This document shows positions 41,031 through 51,770 of a stretch of 64,000 bases of DNA, one piece after another. This DNA comes from Escherichia phage F2: sequence record NC_054913.1. One strand, written 5' to 3'. The translations under genes and the position numbers were made by a program. A model generated the notes under the pieces. It was not told where the DNA came from. It did no database searches and saw only the letters and a list, made by a program, of their open reading frames with translations. Every line of letters starts with the position of its first letter. Within the stretch, counting starts at the first letter, position 1.

Positions 41031-43118
41031 ATGTCTGAACAATTAAATGAAGTGTTTGAATCTGAAGGCAGTCTTCCTGTCGTCAATTTGAACCCTAAAG
41101 CTAAAGTTCCACAAGTCTGGAAAATTGGTGATATCGATACAAACATCGTAGTTCGCTTATTCTCTTACCTTTCTGAAGGCGATGCTGTAAAACAAGTTAA
41201 ACTTGGCGACAAATACGCTCATGTTGTTATTATGAGTCTGTCTGAAAAGGGTAATCTCGCTGAATTGAAAAATGGCCTTGGTCCTGCTCCTATTGATGCA
41301 ATCAACACCATTTTCAATACGGTATATGAACAGGTTAAAGCTCTTCGTATGGATGCAGTTCTGTTCCGGTTCCCTACCAAGAAATTGAAAGGACGTGGAC
41401 AACAGCTTCAAACTCTTCTTGCTCGTTTAGTTTCTACTAAAACTGGCGGTCGTTTTAAAGTATTGTCAGCAATGTATCAATTCACAGGTAAACACACCTA
41501 TGTGATGATGGTTCGTAAAAATGCCAACATTGAAGATATTAAAGGCATCCCTAACATTAACACAGAGTTGTACACGAAAGTAGATTCTGATGTTGGCGAA
41601 GTTTATGTGAGTAAAAAGACTGGTGAAATGGTCACCAAAGAAGCGGCTATCGCTGGTTCTATTGCTGCTGTAGAAGAAAAACGTAAAGATAAGCCTGTTA
41701 TTGCTCGTACTAAAATTTCTCGTCGTGCTATTGCAGCAAGTCAATCTTTAGAAGCTGACCGCCAAGAAGGTGAGTTATTCCAGAAATACGAAAATTCTGC
41801 TAAAGAAGTTAGTGGCCCAGCTACAGCCGAATTACTTCCTGAAGCATATGAAATCGTACTAGCCCAAGCATCGTCCACAGCAAAAGGCACTTTAGTTGCT
41901 GATATCGAAAATAAGATTTATAATCGTATTGATGAATCCTTTAGATTTGCTGATGAAGTTTCTTATGGTAGTGTTATTAAGCCAACTTTAGAAAAGTTTG
42001 CTAAGAAAATTAAAACTGAAAAAACAACATCTGTTAAAGCATTAGCTGCTTTTGTTGAAGCTGCAAATGAAATTGCAGACTCTATTAAAGACGAATGGTT
42101 TGAAGATTTTAGACGTGATAATTTCCAACTGGCCGACGACGTTTTAGCTGAAGTATCTGAAAAAACTTGGAAACAACGTAAATCAGCGTTCTTGTCTAAT
42201 GTGATGTATACTTATGCACGAGAATCGGCTAGAGGCACCTTTAATATAACAATGAATCGGGACCCTAAACAATACTCTGTTGCTGAAAAACGAGCTATTC
42301 GTGAATATGCCTCTTCTGCGTATACCGATATCAATAATATGTTGTTAGGTCGTTATAAACCAGATTTTTACGATGTTGCAGATGAAGATGAAGTTAAACG
42401 CGCTATTGATGGTCTTGATTCGGCGTTTTTAAATGGAGACCGTTTACCTGAAGGACTAACGTTATATAGAGCCCAGTCTATCAGAATGCCTATTTACGAA
42501 GCAATGGTTAAAAATAAGGTATTCTACTTCAGAAACTATGTTTCCACTTCACTAGCTCCTATTATTTTCGGTGGGTTTAAAGAGAACGTTGCCCTTGGAC
42601 TTGCTCCTGAAGAAGTTCGCAAAGAGCTTAACATTGACAATAATGACGAAGGTGTTACTATTTCTCCTAGTCAAGTAAGAACAGCTATGCATGCACCAGA
42701 CCAAATCCGTGTTAACGTTGGATGGGCTATTGATGGCGCCCATAAAGTTAACGTGATTTATCCTGGACAGTTGAGTAATCACCCTAATGAGCAAGAAATT
42801 ATTTTGCCTAGAGGCATTCTCTTGCAGATAAATAAAATTACGGATGCGTCATCTGACACTGGTGCAGGTTTAGAATCCAACCTTAAATTTATTCAAGCTG
42901 AAGTCATGTCCTCAGACCAGTTGGACGAAGTTGTCATTTACGATGGTGATGTTCTCATGGAAACAGGCGAGGTGGTTGCTATGACTGGTGAAATCGAATC
43001 AGATGAGCCGATATCGTTCTCCTCATTTGTAGAAAAAACTAGTGCTCCTAAAGGATTGAAATTGTTAGCATCTTTAATGGATTTAGAATCAGTTCCGTTT
43101 AAATTTGTCCAAGGATAG
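41031..43118 (+). CDS. alt: Alt ADP-ribosyltransferase (packaged head protein)
   Basis: 695 aa (T4 Alt ~682); position adjacent to gene 30; C-terminal region has ART-like R...S...E spacing (YTDINNMLLGRY...LYRAQS). Confidence 0.8.
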   Translation: MSEQLNEVFESEGSLPVVNLNPKAKVPQVWKIGDIDTNIVVRLFSYLSEGDAVKQVKLGDKYAHVVIMSLSEKGNLAELKNGLGPAPIDAINTIFNTVYEQVKALRMDAVLFRFPTKKLKGRGQQLQTLLARLVSTKTGGRFKVLSAMYQFTGKHTYVMMVRKNANIEDIKGIPNINTELYTKVDSDVGEVYVSKKTGEMVTKEAAIAGSIAAVEEKRKDKPVIARTKISRRAIAASQSLEADRQEGELFQKYENSAKEVSGPATAELLPEAYEIVLAQASSTAKGTLVADIENKIYNRIDESFRFADEVSYGSVIKPTLEKFAKKIKTEKTTSVKALAAFVEAANEIADSIKDEWFEDFRRDNFQLADDVLAEVSEKTWKQRKSAFLSNVMYTYARESARGTFNITMNRDPKQYSVAEKRAIREYASSAYTDINNMLLGRYKPDFYDVADEDEVKRAIDGLDSAFLNGDRLPEGLTLYRAQSIRMPIYEAMVKNKVFYFRNYVSTSLAPIIFGGFKENVALGLAPEEVRKELNIDNNDEGVTISPSQVRTAMHAPDQIRVNVGWAIDGAHKVNVIYPGQLSNHPNEQEIILPRGILLQINKITDASSDTGAGLESNLKFIQAEVMSSDQLDEVVIYDGDVLMETGEVVAMTGEIESDEPISFSSFVEKTSAPKGLKLLASLMDLESVPFKFVQG

Positions 43119-43147
43119 TTTACAAACACATGGATGTGTGATACTAT
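43118..43147 (+). promoter_or_regulatory. early promoter
   Basis: GTTTAC at 43118-43123, TACTAT at 43142-43147. Confidence 0.55.
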
Positions 43148-43176
43148 CATCCCATCAACAACACGAGGAAAACGTT

Positions 43177-43470
43177 ATGAAATCTATGCTTCGCTTTAAT
43201 GGTCAAGAACTAGTAGTTGAAGATGTTATCCCAGCGGATGATGCTTTTAACGAAGCTGTGATTGACGAATTGAATCGAGTATTCCCAGGTGCATTCCATA
43301 TTGCTATGGAACCTCTTAAAAACTTTCGTGACCCTGAACACACTGATCAAATTTTTGTCGGTGTAGTGACGGGTCATTTAGAAACAGAGGTACCAATGGT
43401 CGTATTAGTTAAATACTCTAAAGATGATACTCCATTCCGAGCACCAGCATTCCTTTCATTCCGTAAATAA
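43177..43470 (+). CDS. hypothetical protein
   Basis: In-frame ATG at 43177 after the promoter and GAGGAAAA RBS (97 aa); the track ORF starts upstream inside alt. Confidence 0.45.
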   Translation: MKSMLRFNGQELVVEDVIPADDAFNEAVIDELNRVFPGAFHIAMEPLKNFRDPEHTDQIFVGVVTGHLETEVPMVVLVKYSKDDTPFRAPAFLSFRK

Positions 43471-43477
43471 ACCCCTA

Positions 43478-43505
43478 AAGGGAGACGTTGTCTCCCTTTT
43501 TCTTT
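43478..43505. terminator. bidirectional terminator between convergent genes
   Basis: AAAGGGAGAC...GTCTCCCTTTTT hairpin flanked by A/T runs on both sides. Confidence 0.55.
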
Positions 43506-44466
43506 ATAGTCCTAAAACTCTTGACGCAGAATTCACCACACCTGTCAATGTGTTTATATTAGACACACCTCCAGCAGTCCCACCTAATCTAGAAAGTCTT
43601 GATACTGCACTTCCTAGACCAGAATCATTCTGATTATTTCCAAACATTCCTGAAACACTACTAATAAGTCCTGATTCCAGCCATTCTAAAGCAGCCTGTC
43701 TATTTACAGCACCTGATTGCATAACGCGATAAGCAAATGTTACATCAAAAACTGTTATCTGATTATCACCGTCATACGTTAACTCAGGAGAAGAGACACT
43801 AACAGGAATACATCCAGTGAACATGACAGCGGTATGTGGTAAACCATTTCGTGCATGTAAATTAACCTGAATATCTGCTTCGACGTCTTGTGGTAAAGCA
43901 CGAAGACCTGTTACAGGGTCTTGGACTGAGTTTACCCAGTCTTGCATTGCTCTAAAGTTAGATGCTTCGGAATCCATTCTAAAGCTTATTACTAACGGGT
44001 CCATTTCACGGCCGGTAATTCGGATGTTCGGTGAGTTATAGTTGAAATCTGTTTCATAAGATAATCGGTTCTCAGGCATTTTTACAGAATAAATCATTAA
44101 ACCTGTATTATTATATGCCATATTGAAGAAGTCTATCAGATAAGATCCTACTGTGAACTCGCCTAACAAGCTTTGTACCGTACGTTGACTCATTGCTCCA
44201 ATCAGATATTTACTTACACCTGATTTTCGAATTAATTTCTGTGTTCCTGCTGTAATCAGGGTTGTTACGCCCTGATTGATATCACCTTGAGTCAATCCTA
44301 GCCAATCAGAATCCAACCCTAAGTTATTATAAGCAAAACTACCAATTGACGAAATTAGTGAAGATGATTTAGTCGACGGTGTAGTAGCAAATACACAACT
44401 AAACATATTGTTTCGTTGGAAATCTGCATTTATAGCTTGGTTATTAAATTCTTCTAAAGAGTACAT
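43504..44466 (-). CDS. 54: gp54 baseplate tail-tube initiator
   Basis: 320 aa, same length as T4 gp54; synteny alt-54-48-29. Confidence 0.85.
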   Translation of the reverse strand: MYSLEEFNNQAINADFQRNNMFSCVFATTPSTKSSSLISSIGSFAYNNLGLDSDWLGLTQGDINQGVTTLITAGTQKLIRKSGVSKYLIGAMSQRTVQSLLGEFTVGSYLIDFFNMAYNNTGLMIYSVKMPENRLSYETDFNYNSPNIRITGREMDPLVISFRMDSEASNFRAMQDWVNSVQDPVTGLRALPQDVEADIQVNLHARNGLPHTAVMFTGCIPVSVSSPELTYDGDNQITVFDVTFAYRVMQSGAVNRQAALEWLESGLISSVSGMFGNNQNDSGLGSAVSRLSRLGGTAGGVSNINTLTGVVNSASRVLGL

Positions 44467-45575
44467 TAGAAAGTCCCCGCATAAAGTGAAGAACGGTTTA
44501 ATGTAATAATTTCTCGCATTGTTATCTCTAACGTAAATGTTGACGGTAAGTTAGGAGCAACAGCAAGACCATTAAATTGTCCATTTGGAGTTTTATCAAA
44601 ACGTACGCTTTGAATTTGGCATGGGCCAAATACGTCAGTTAATCCATCAAATTTAGACGTATAACCAAAGTTTTTAACCATCCAAATTGTAGGGTTGCTT
44701 ACAACTAATACGTTTGTTAATGACGCAGTAATCTTTTCAAACAACGTCTTATTTTTTACTGCATCATCCGGCGTCATAGGCTCAATAAACGTTGAACGGT
44801 ACCATTCGTCTAAATAACTTTTAATCTCTTGGGCGTACTGTGATTTACCGGTCTCACCATATGAGAAATAGTTAAAATACTGGTAAATGTTTATAATAGC
44901 CATAAGGTCTTCAGTTGAACGTGGAGTTAAATCCCATGTAAAGACTTTAGTACGGTTCTCAGCACCACCATACATACTACGAGAAGTCGTATAAATCTGT
45001 TCGTTATTATCAGCCATAAGCCCTTGAGTAATAGAATCTAATGCACCAAAAACTGCAGTAGAAGCAATGTTACTTAAAACACCCGTAGCAGTACCTCCAC
45101 CTTTAGTAATAAGGCTATCACCAACATCATTAAAACGATGTGAAGTTGTATCAACGTCAGATTTGGAACGCGGCAAAAGTATATTAGCAACAGGAGTTTT
45201 ATTTATAGTAGGTTTATTAGCTCCGGCAGGAAGCAACCCATTAGAGAATTTAGTCACTGCATCTTTCACATTATCAGTTAAATCTGATATGATACCATTA
45301 GATGAAGTGCCGGCGTATGCCGGACGTAAATTCCTGAGGGATCCTGAATCGCGTGCAGACATATTGTACGCGGTAAATAATAATCCATTCTTATAAAGGT
45401 CTGTTACCTGGAAGTCTCCTGTGGAGTCATTTCCGGCTGCTCTTCCTGTAGGAAATTGAGCAACATAAGTTTTAGTAGTTGTTTCGGTTTTAGTGCTTTG
45501 CCCAGCACTTTCTGAGACTGGGATTGCTTTATTTAAATCCTTTGCATCTACTACTATTTCTTTTACACTAATCAT
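44466..45575 (-). CDS. 48: gp48 baseplate tail-tube cap
   Basis: 369 aa (T4 ~364); synteny. Confidence 0.85.
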   Translation of the reverse strand: MISVKEIVVDAKDLNKAIPVSESAGQSTKTETTTKTYVAQFPTGRAAGNDSTGDFQVTDLYKNGLLFTAYNMSARDSGSLRNLRPAYAGTSSNGIISDLTDNVKDAVTKFSNGLLPAGANKPTINKTPVANILLPRSKSDVDTTSHRFNDVGDSLITKGGGTATGVLSNIASTAVFGALDSITQGLMADNNEQIYTTSRSMYGGAENRTKVFTWDLTPRSTEDLMAIINIYQYFNYFSYGETGKSQYAQEIKSYLDEWYRSTFIEPMTPDDAVKNKTLFEKITASLTNVLVVSNPTIWMVKNFGYTSKFDGLTDVFGPCQIQSVRFDKTPNGQFNGLAVAPNLPSTFTLEITMREIITLNRSSLYAGTF

Positions 45576-45583
45576 GATAATCC

Positions 45584-47356
45584 TTAATTAACACCGGTGG
45601 CATGGAAAATTCCAGGAGCCGTTGTACTTGTTACAGGGGTCATATTCTGGACTACGGTATTCTTTTTGACGACATTATTTGTGTTACTAATCGCCGCTAC
45701 CGGTTGCTGTTGTTTAGATTCAGAAGCACGTCCTTTCTCTATTGACTGAACTTGTTTTGCTTCAGGAGATTTAGTCGAAGATTCAGGCTTAACTGTTGTC
45801 TGGGCTTTTTTGGCTTCAGCCATTTTATTATTTAGCTTTTCAAATCTAGCATCCAATTCCTTTTTAACAACAGGAGTTTTATTAAGTTCAGGGTCTTTAA
45901 TAAGTTTACTTAAATCAGCATAAGACTTCTCGACGTTTTTAGCATTTTCTGGATTAGTCATATCGATTTTATCGATATAATCCTCAAATCTAACTAGTGC
46001 CGCACGAGTTTCATTAGCTTTTATATACGCCTCTTTACGCTCCTCTTCAGGTAACTCTTTTAATTTTGCTGATTCCGCAGCACGCTCATCGCTTGTACTA
46101 AACTCTTCTTTATTGTCATTACCACGAACCCAGTTAGTAACGAATGTTTTGCCGCGTTGTAACATATCAAGACCTTTAGAAACGGTTCCTAATTCCCCAT
46201 CGTCACGCTTCATTTGATATTTAGCGACTTTCTCTTGGTCTTCTTTCTTTAATGTGTTCCCAGTAGTTTCTTGGAATCCTTCCAAAGCACGTCCTTCTAT
46301 TTCGTCTGCGGTATCACCAAAACCTATAGCACGCAATATAGACGCGGAGAGTTTAGCCATTCCTAATTGAATTAGTTCACCTAAGTTCATTAATGCTGTT
46401 CCTACACCTTTGACAATAGCAACGGTTAAACCACCCCAGTCTCCAGCTTCCCACAATTGTTTTATAGAGTCAATAGAAGTGAATATATCACTTAAGAATT
46501 TACCCCACTCTTTAGCTTCATCGGAGAATTTAGTAAAGTTTTCATCAAATAAATCCCAGGCAGAAGTGAACTTGTCTGTCCAATATTTGAAATGGACTAT
46601 CAATAAATCAATACCGATAACAATACCAAGAATAAGTGCGGCCATTTTTGCTGCTTCAATAGCAGCCGTTATAGTGTATTTGAAAAGCATTCCAGCAATT
46701 CTGTCAGAAATTGATATTGATTTATTAAACCCGGCTTGAACTGTTTTGGTGAGCATTGCAATTTTATCGCTCAATTTAAAGCTAATCCCGCCTTTAGAAT
46801 CAGAAGTAGAATTAGCACTTTCTTGAACCGGGGCTGGGAAGAAATCTTCGTCTGGCTTATTATCAATCTTTTCAGGTGTAGGTAATGCTTTAAACAGCTC
46901 ATCATAAGTTTCATTCTCAACCACTTTAACAGGTATTGCGTTCTCAATTACTTCAAGAGAGGTGCCTCCTGTATTTTGAATAGCGGTAGATGTTTGTAAT
47001 TTTTGCTCTAATAATGTAGCTAATCGGTCTAACTTGGAGCTTATTGCACTAGAAACTTCGTTTATACTTTTAGTGACTTCAGTTTGTTTTTCAATAACTT
47101 CTGCGATAAGCTCTGTGCCTTCAGCAGTATTATCTGTCGAATTCTTTAAGTCTCCAATTGATTCAATAATTCCATTGCCTTTATCTTCTACACTTTGTGA
47201 TGTGAGTTCAGACGCGGCTTGGACATCGTCTAGTTTTGATGAAATATCATTCAATGCTTCTAATGAATCAGTAGCTGCTGTTGCAGCTACTTTTTGTGGT
47301 TTATTATCGGCAATGACCTTATTTCTACGCATGGATTTCATTTCTTCAGGTTTCAT
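45584..47356 (-). CDS. 29: gp29 tail length tape measure / baseplate hub
   Basis: 590 aa, same length as T4 gp29; coiled-coil-rich. Confidence 0.85.
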   Translation of the reverse strand: MKPEEMKSMRRNKVIADNKPQKVAATAATDSLEALNDISSKLDDVQAASELTSQSVEDKGNGIIESIGDLKNSTDNTAEGTELIAEVIEKQTEVTKSINEVSSAISSKLDRLATLLEQKLQTSTAIQNTGGTSLEVIENAIPVKVVENETYDELFKALPTPEKIDNKPDEDFFPAPVQESANSTSDSKGGISFKLSDKIAMLTKTVQAGFNKSISISDRIAGMLFKYTITAAIEAAKMAALILGIVIGIDLLIVHFKYWTDKFTSAWDLFDENFTKFSDEAKEWGKFLSDIFTSIDSIKQLWEAGDWGGLTVAIVKGVGTALMNLGELIQLGMAKLSASILRAIGFGDTADEIEGRALEGFQETTGNTLKKEDQEKVAKYQMKRDDGELGTVSKGLDMLQRGKTFVTNWVRGNDNKEEFSTSDERAAESAKLKELPEEERKEAYIKANETRAALVRFEDYIDKIDMTNPENAKNVEKSYADLSKLIKDPELNKTPVVKKELDARFEKLNNKMAEAKKAQTTVKPESSTKSPEAKQVQSIEKGRASESKQQQPVAAISNTNNVVKKNTVVQNMTPVTSTTAPGIFHATGVN

Positions 47357-47886
47357 TCAAGCAATCCAATAATTTCTGCTATACCCTTAATAGGGCCATT
47401 AGGGCCTGGAATAGCAATAGTTGTCGAAAGGTCTTCTGCCCATTTGATTACAAAAGCAGGCATCTCAAGGAAAGAAATTTCTTTCTCTTCGTCATTAACT
47501 TTTATTAAGCAATTTGATAGCATTTCACTGATTGTAGCGAATTGTTCAAATTTGCCTGGGGGTCTAAAATAAAAAGTATTACCTTGAAATTGGAATTCTG
47601 TTCGTTGGCATACATAGACGTCATCTAGTTTATAAGTGAATCCATCTTTTTCAACTTCAGACTTAAGTTTGTTATTAAATTCCAATATGTGTAGACATGC
47701 AAAATCAAAATCTGCTGGACTCATATTTTTACAAATAGAATCTGCTAAGATTTTCATGTTTTCATCAGGGCCTTTAACGTCCTTTAAAAGATTATAATGT
47801 TTGAGCCCTAATTTGGGAATCATTACCTTTTTATTAGACTGTGGTAGAATTATTTTCTTTAGAGGTAGAATCAGATTTAAGTTCAT
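47353..47886 (-). CDS. 28: gp28 baseplate hub distal subunit
   Basis: 177 aa, same length as T4 gp28; synteny. Confidence 0.8.
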   Translation of the reverse strand: MNLNLILPLKKIILPQSNKKVMIPKLGLKHYNLLKDVKGPDENMKILADSICKNMSPADFDFACLHILEFNNKLKSEVEKDGFTYKLDDVYVCQRTEFQFQGNTFYFRPPGKFEQFATISEMLSNCLIKVNDEEKEISFLEMPAFVIKWAEDLSTTIAIPGPNGPIKGIAEIIGLLE

Positions 47887-49006
47887 TTTTAACCTTAACT
47901 GGGTTAACAGGTTCTAACACCATTGAGTTGGTAAACATGTACAGATGAGTTTGTGAGTTGTTATTTGATAACTCATGAATAACTTCATCCACGTAAAATT
48001 CGGATTTGAATTGGTTCTTTTGGTCGACAAATATAATTTTAGTAGCAGGCGTTATGTTAAAATTACCTGTAGTAGTGCATTTAGCATATCCGTCGTATTG
48101 AGCCATTGTCTGAAGACGACTTGCTTCTTCAAATCCATTACGATAGGTCATTTCTGAATATCCACCTGATCTTGACACAAGAATAGCATTATCACCATCA
48201 CCTGTAACAATAACCGGAATAGATGTATCTAAAAATGAATGAGCGAATATCGTGGCGTTTTTAATAGGGTCTCTTGTAAATTGGTTAGCTTTAGTCATCC
48301 AGGTGAAATCCCATACTAATGGATACTCAAGCTCTTGAATATACTGACCTACAGTATTTGGCTCGCCTACAACCATCTTAATGCCTTCCTGACCAATAAG
48401 AGTATCATAGTCAATCATGTTTACGCCTAAAATATCTTGCCATACGAATACGAACTTATCACTCGCTGTAGCAAGTCCTAATTCTCTGACATATGCCAAA
48501 TAATCGTCAAATGTGCTTGTCCAAGGGATATCAGGAACATAAGCATTAATAGTGTTTATTGGCGGAGTAATTAACGTACGGTCTTTATATATGACACCTA
48601 ACATTTCACGTATAGATTCTCCTGCGTCTGAGAAGAATGGTCGCCCAAATTTAAGATTCTCTATAGAATGTATTGTTCCAAGCTCAATTGCAATAATATT
48701 GTCACCTTTTGAGTCCACAGACACAGAATAATGTCTACATCCATAAATTCGAGTTCTAACTTGGAGAGGTGTGTTTGAATTTGAAACAGAGATTTGAACT
48801 ATCTGTCTACCGTCCATTTTAGTGTGGATGTTTTTAGTGTCATAAAATTGAAGAATCCCTTCATTTCTTCCATATAGCGAATCTCGCATGGTTAAAGTTG
48901 TTATTGTTGCTGCGAGTTCAACGTATCTATTTTCTTGCCAAGCCGAATAATCTTGGTATAATTTAACGCTTAAGTTAGGATATCCTGGACGTTGGAATAC
49001 TGTCAT
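47834..49006 (-). CDS. 27: gp27 baseplate hub subunit
   Basis: 390 aa (T4 391); synteny. Confidence 0.85.
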   Translation of the reverse strand: MTVFQRPGYPNLSVKLYQDYSAWQENRYVELAATITTLTMRDSLYGRNEGILQFYDTKNIHTKMDGRQIVQISVSNSNTPLQVRTRIYGCRHYSVSVDSKGDNIIAIELGTIHSIENLKFGRPFFSDAGESIREMLGVIYKDRTLITPPINTINAYVPDIPWTSTFDDYLAYVRELGLATASDKFVFVWQDILGVNMIDYDTLIGQEGIKMVVGEPNTVGQYIQELEYPLVWDFTWMTKANQFTRDPIKNATIFAHSFLDTSIPVIVTGDGDNAILVSRSGGYSEMTYRNGFEEASRLQTMAQYDGYAKCTTTGNFNITPATKIIFVDQKNQFKSEFYVDEVIHELSNNNSQTHLYMFTNSMVLEPVNPVKVKNELKSDSTSKENNSTTV

Positions 49007-49755
49007 TTTTTATGGTCCTTTTCTACTAATGTTAAAGCAATACCACGTTCAACAGGAATCATTTGCATAATAGAATCCAATGTGTATTGACTCTTTACTA
49101 GTGAATGGTTTATCTGATAGAATGTAAAAATCTCATCAGGGTTAACTAACAATTTAAAAACCTCTAAGATATCAGTATATGTTTTAACATGGCGTTCACA
49201 ACAACCTAATCTAAGGGTCAAATTAATAGGGTTCATAGAAGCAATAACCTTCTCGAGAGAGTCAATGTCTATTGCTTCTATTACTTGGATTTGGTTCTCT
49301 TCAGTCAAATCATTCCATGGGTACCATTCATCATTATAATATATTTCTTTTATGTTTTCACTTATCATTAATGCTTTATTGTCATAAAACTTTTCAGGGA
49401 AAGAAAAACGTATTTTTATACCAGCAACATCAAGTTCAGGTTCGACTAGTTCTTTTTGATATATCTCAAATGGTGCAGTTTTTTCTTTAGAGCATTTAGG
49501 GCAAGTGAAAATAACGGGAACTTTTGTTTTGCCTATAGAGCCTGCAAAAACTTGCAGGAATATAAATGGTTGCCATGTTTTAGGGTACTCGCCAAAATAA
49601 TCATCAATCAGATCGGCAATTATTTCTTTTTGTTCTTGCGGCGAACGATGTTCGATATCATTTCTAACTAGTAAAAAGTCTCTATAATCCGCCACAGTGA
49701 ACGGCTTAAAACGATGAACACCATCCGGTAATTTACAACGAATTATATTAGCCAT
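49003..49755 (-). CDS. 51: gp51 baseplate hub assembly catalyst
   Basis: 250 aa (T4 249); synteny. Confidence 0.8.
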   Translation of the reverse strand: MANIIRCKLPDGVHRFKPFTVADYRDFLLVRNDIEHRSPQEQKEIIADLIDDYFGEYPKTWQPFIFLQVFAGSIGKTKVPVIFTCPKCSKEKTAPFEIYQKELVEPELDVAGIKIRFSFPEKFYDNKALMISENIKEIYYNDEWYPWNDLTEENQIQVIEAIDIDSLEKVIASMNPINLTLRLGCCERHVKTYTDILEVFKLLVNPDEIFTFYQINHSLVKSQYTLDSIMQMIPVERGIALTLVEKDHKK

Positions 49756-49772
49756 AATTACTCCTTTTCTAT

Positions 49773-49784
49773 TATTTATAAATA
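49773..49784. promoter_or_regulatory. divergent overlapping late promoters for genes 51 (minus) and 26 (plus)
   Basis: TATTTATAAATA contains TATAAATA on both strands. Confidence 0.55.
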
Positions 49785-49802
49785 CACAATAAAGGAGTTA
49801 AC

Positions 49803-50429
49803 ATGTACAAATATACGTTTACCGTACGTTTAGGCGATAAAGAAGTGAATTGTAGAGCCTTTACTTTAAAAGAATATTTAGGACTCATAGGTGCGCGGGC
49901 TACCGGTACTATTGAATCAGCAGTGAACAATATTATCACTAATTGCTCTAACGCTAAAAACTTGACTAAACAAGAAGCCGAGCTATTGTTGGTAAATCTG
50001 TGGGCACATTCGTTAGGTGAAGTGAATCAAGAACACACCTGGAATTGTTCCTGTGGGCATTCATTTCAAGTCTATATGAATTTATTGCACACTCAATTAG
50101 ATGAACAGGCCGATCCCTGGTATTCGTTCAGCGGTATTAAAATTAAATTCCGTCAACCTAAATTATTTGACGATAAAAATATCGCATTAATGATTGCTTC
50201 ATGTATTGAGGCCGTTTTTGTCAATGGAGAGTCCATCCCTGTTGAAGATTTAACTGAAGCAGAAATAAACGACCTTTACGGCCTTATAACAGAAGATGAC
50301 ATGATCAATATTAAAAATCTTTTAGTATCGCCATCAATTTATCTGGCAACCCCTATTAAATGTCCCAAATGTGGGGCGTCACACGTTCACACAATACGAG
50401 GCCTCAAAGAATTCTTTGAGTTACTATAA
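49803..50429 (+). CDS. 26: gp26 baseplate hub subunit
   Basis: 208 aa, same length as T4 gp26; synteny. Confidence 0.8.
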   Translation: MYKYTFTVRLGDKEVNCRAFTLKEYLGLIGARATGTIESAVNNIITNCSNAKNLTKQEAELLLVNLWAHSLGEVNQEHTWNCSCGHSFQVYMNLLHTQLDEQADPWYSFSGIKIKFRQPKLFDDKNIALMIASCIEAVFVNGESIPVEDLTEAEINDLYGLITEDDMINIKNLLVSPSIYLATPIKCPKCGASHVHTIRGLKEFFELL

Positions 50430-50827
50430 TGTCTAATATCAATAAACTTTATTCAGATATCGACCCAGAAATGCGTATGGATTGGAACAAGGACGTTGCT
50501 CGTTCTGTAGGACTTCGTTCTATTAAAAATAGTCTTCTTGGCATAGTGACAACTAGAAAAGGCTCACGCCCCTTCGACCCTGAATTTGGATGCGATTTGG
50601 TCGACGAACTTTTCGAGAACATGACACCACTTACAGCCGATACGATTGAGCGTAATATCCAGGCAGCTGTTCGTAACTATGAGCCACGCATCGACAAACT
50701 TTCTGTGAGTGTAACGCCAGTATATGATGACTATACGGTTATAGTAGAGATTAGATTTTCGGTCGTAGACAACCCTGACGATATTGAACAAATTAAACTT
50801 CAGTTAGCGTCAAGCAATAGAGTGTAA
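50429..50827 (+). CDS. 25: gp25 baseplate wedge subunit (gpW/lysozyme-like fold)
   Basis: 132 aa, same length as T4 gp25; synteny. Confidence 0.85.
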   Translation: MSNINKLYSDIDPEMRMDWNKDVARSVGLRSIKNSLLGIVTTRKGSRPFDPEFGCDLVDELFENMTPLTADTIERNIQAAVRNYEPRIDKLSVSVTPVYDDYTVIVEIRFSVVDNPDDIEQIKLQLASSNRV

Positions 50828-50853
50828 TGCTTCAAGGCAACCTATGTATAATG
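50826..50853 (+). promoter_or_regulatory. MotA-dependent middle promoter for uvsY
   Basis: MotA box AATGCTTCA at 50826-50834 and TATAAT at 50848-50853, 13-bp spacer. Confidence 0.55.
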
Positions 50854-50907
50854 GTTTTAGGTCCTTCCGATACAGCCGGGAGATTATTAGTTAAAAGAGA
50901 GAACATT

Positions 50908-51321
50908 ATGAAGCTGGAAGATTTACAGGAAGAGTTAGACGCAGACTTAGCTATTGATACGACAAAGTTGCAATATGAGACTGCGAATAATGTTAAGTTA
51001 TACAGCAAATGGCTACGTAAGCACTCATTTATTCGTAAAGAAATGTTGCGTATAGAGACTCAGAAGAAAACTGCTCTAAAAGCAAGATTAGACTACTACT
51101 CGGGACGAGGTGACGGTGATGAATTCAGTATGGACCGATACGAGAAGTCTGAAATGAAAACTGTCCTGGCTGCAGATAAAGATGTGCTTAAAATAGAGAC
51201 TACTTTACAATACTGGGGAATTTTACTTGAGTTCTGTAGTGGTGCACTTGACGCAGTTAAGTCTCGTAGTTTTGCACTTAAACATATCCAAGATATGCGA
51301 GAATTTGAAGCGGGGCAATAA
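50908..51321 (+). CDS. uvsY: UvsY recombination mediator
   Basis: In-frame ATG at 50908 gives 137 aa (MKLEDLQEEL...), same length as T4 UvsY; ARLDYYSGRGDGDEFSMDRYEKSEMKTVL motif; the track ORF extension covers the promoter. Confidence 0.9.
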   Translation: MKLEDLQEELDADLAIDTTKLQYETANNVKLYSKWLRKHSFIRKEMLRIETQKKTALKARLDYYSGRGDGDEFSMDRYEKSEMKTVLAADKDVLKIETTLQYWGILLEFCSGALDAVKSRSFALKHIQDMREFEAGQ

Positions 51322-51545
51322 TGCGTTATTCAATTGAAGATGCCTTTAATAATGATGAAGAATTTGAAACTGAAATTAAATTCTTAATGGAAAAGTATCA
51401 TCTACGTCGTCAGGATATTCGTATTCTGGCAGACCACCCTTGTGGCGAAGACGTCCTTTATATTAAAGGGAAGTTTGCCGGGTACATCGATGAGTATTTT
51501 TATACAAAAGATATGGGTATCGATATGTGCATGCGAGTGGTATAA
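51321..51545 (+). CDS. hypothetical protein (uvsY-downstream)
   Basis: 74-aa ORF, ATG overlaps uvsY stop. Confidence 0.45.
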   Translation: MRYSIEDAFNNDEEFETEIKFLMEKYHLRRQDIRILADHPCGEDVLYIKGKFAGYIDEYFYTKDMGIDMCMRVV

Positions 51546-51548
51546 ATA
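51541..51548 (+). promoter_or_regulatory. late promoter TATAAATA
   Basis: Exact TATAAATA about 30 bp upstream of the small Cys-containing ORF. Confidence 0.4.
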
Positions 51549-51577
51549 GATATGTAATTTCAACTTAGGAGGCAATC

Positions 51578-51745
51578 ATGTCAGATAAGATTTGTGTTGT
51601 CTGTAAAACTCCAATCGATTCTGCATTGGTTGTTGAAACAGACAAAGGTCCAGCACATCCTGGTCCTTGTTATAATTATGTCCAACAAATGCCGGTTTCA
51701 GAAAGTTCAGAAGAGCAATTGAACGAAACCCAACTTTTACTATAG
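51578..51745 (+). CDS. small Cys-containing protein (55 aa)
   Basis: ORF below track cutoff; strong RBS AGGAGG; CVVC...PC motif. Confidence 0.4.
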   Translation: MSDKICVVCKTPIDSALVVETDKGPAHPGPCYNYVQQMPVSESSEEQLNETQLLL

Positions 51746-51770
51746 TGTTACCTTTTTTGCCTATGGTTTT

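Noticed and set aside
43105-43176. N-terminal extension of the track ORF 43105-43470 into the end of alt
   Set aside because: An early promoter and GAGGAAAA RBS precede the internal ATG at 43177.
50827-50907. N-terminal 27-codon extension of the uvsY track ORF
   Set aside because: The extension overlaps the gene 25 stop and contains the MotA-box middle promoter; the internal ATG at 50908 gives a 137-aa protein matching T4 UvsY.
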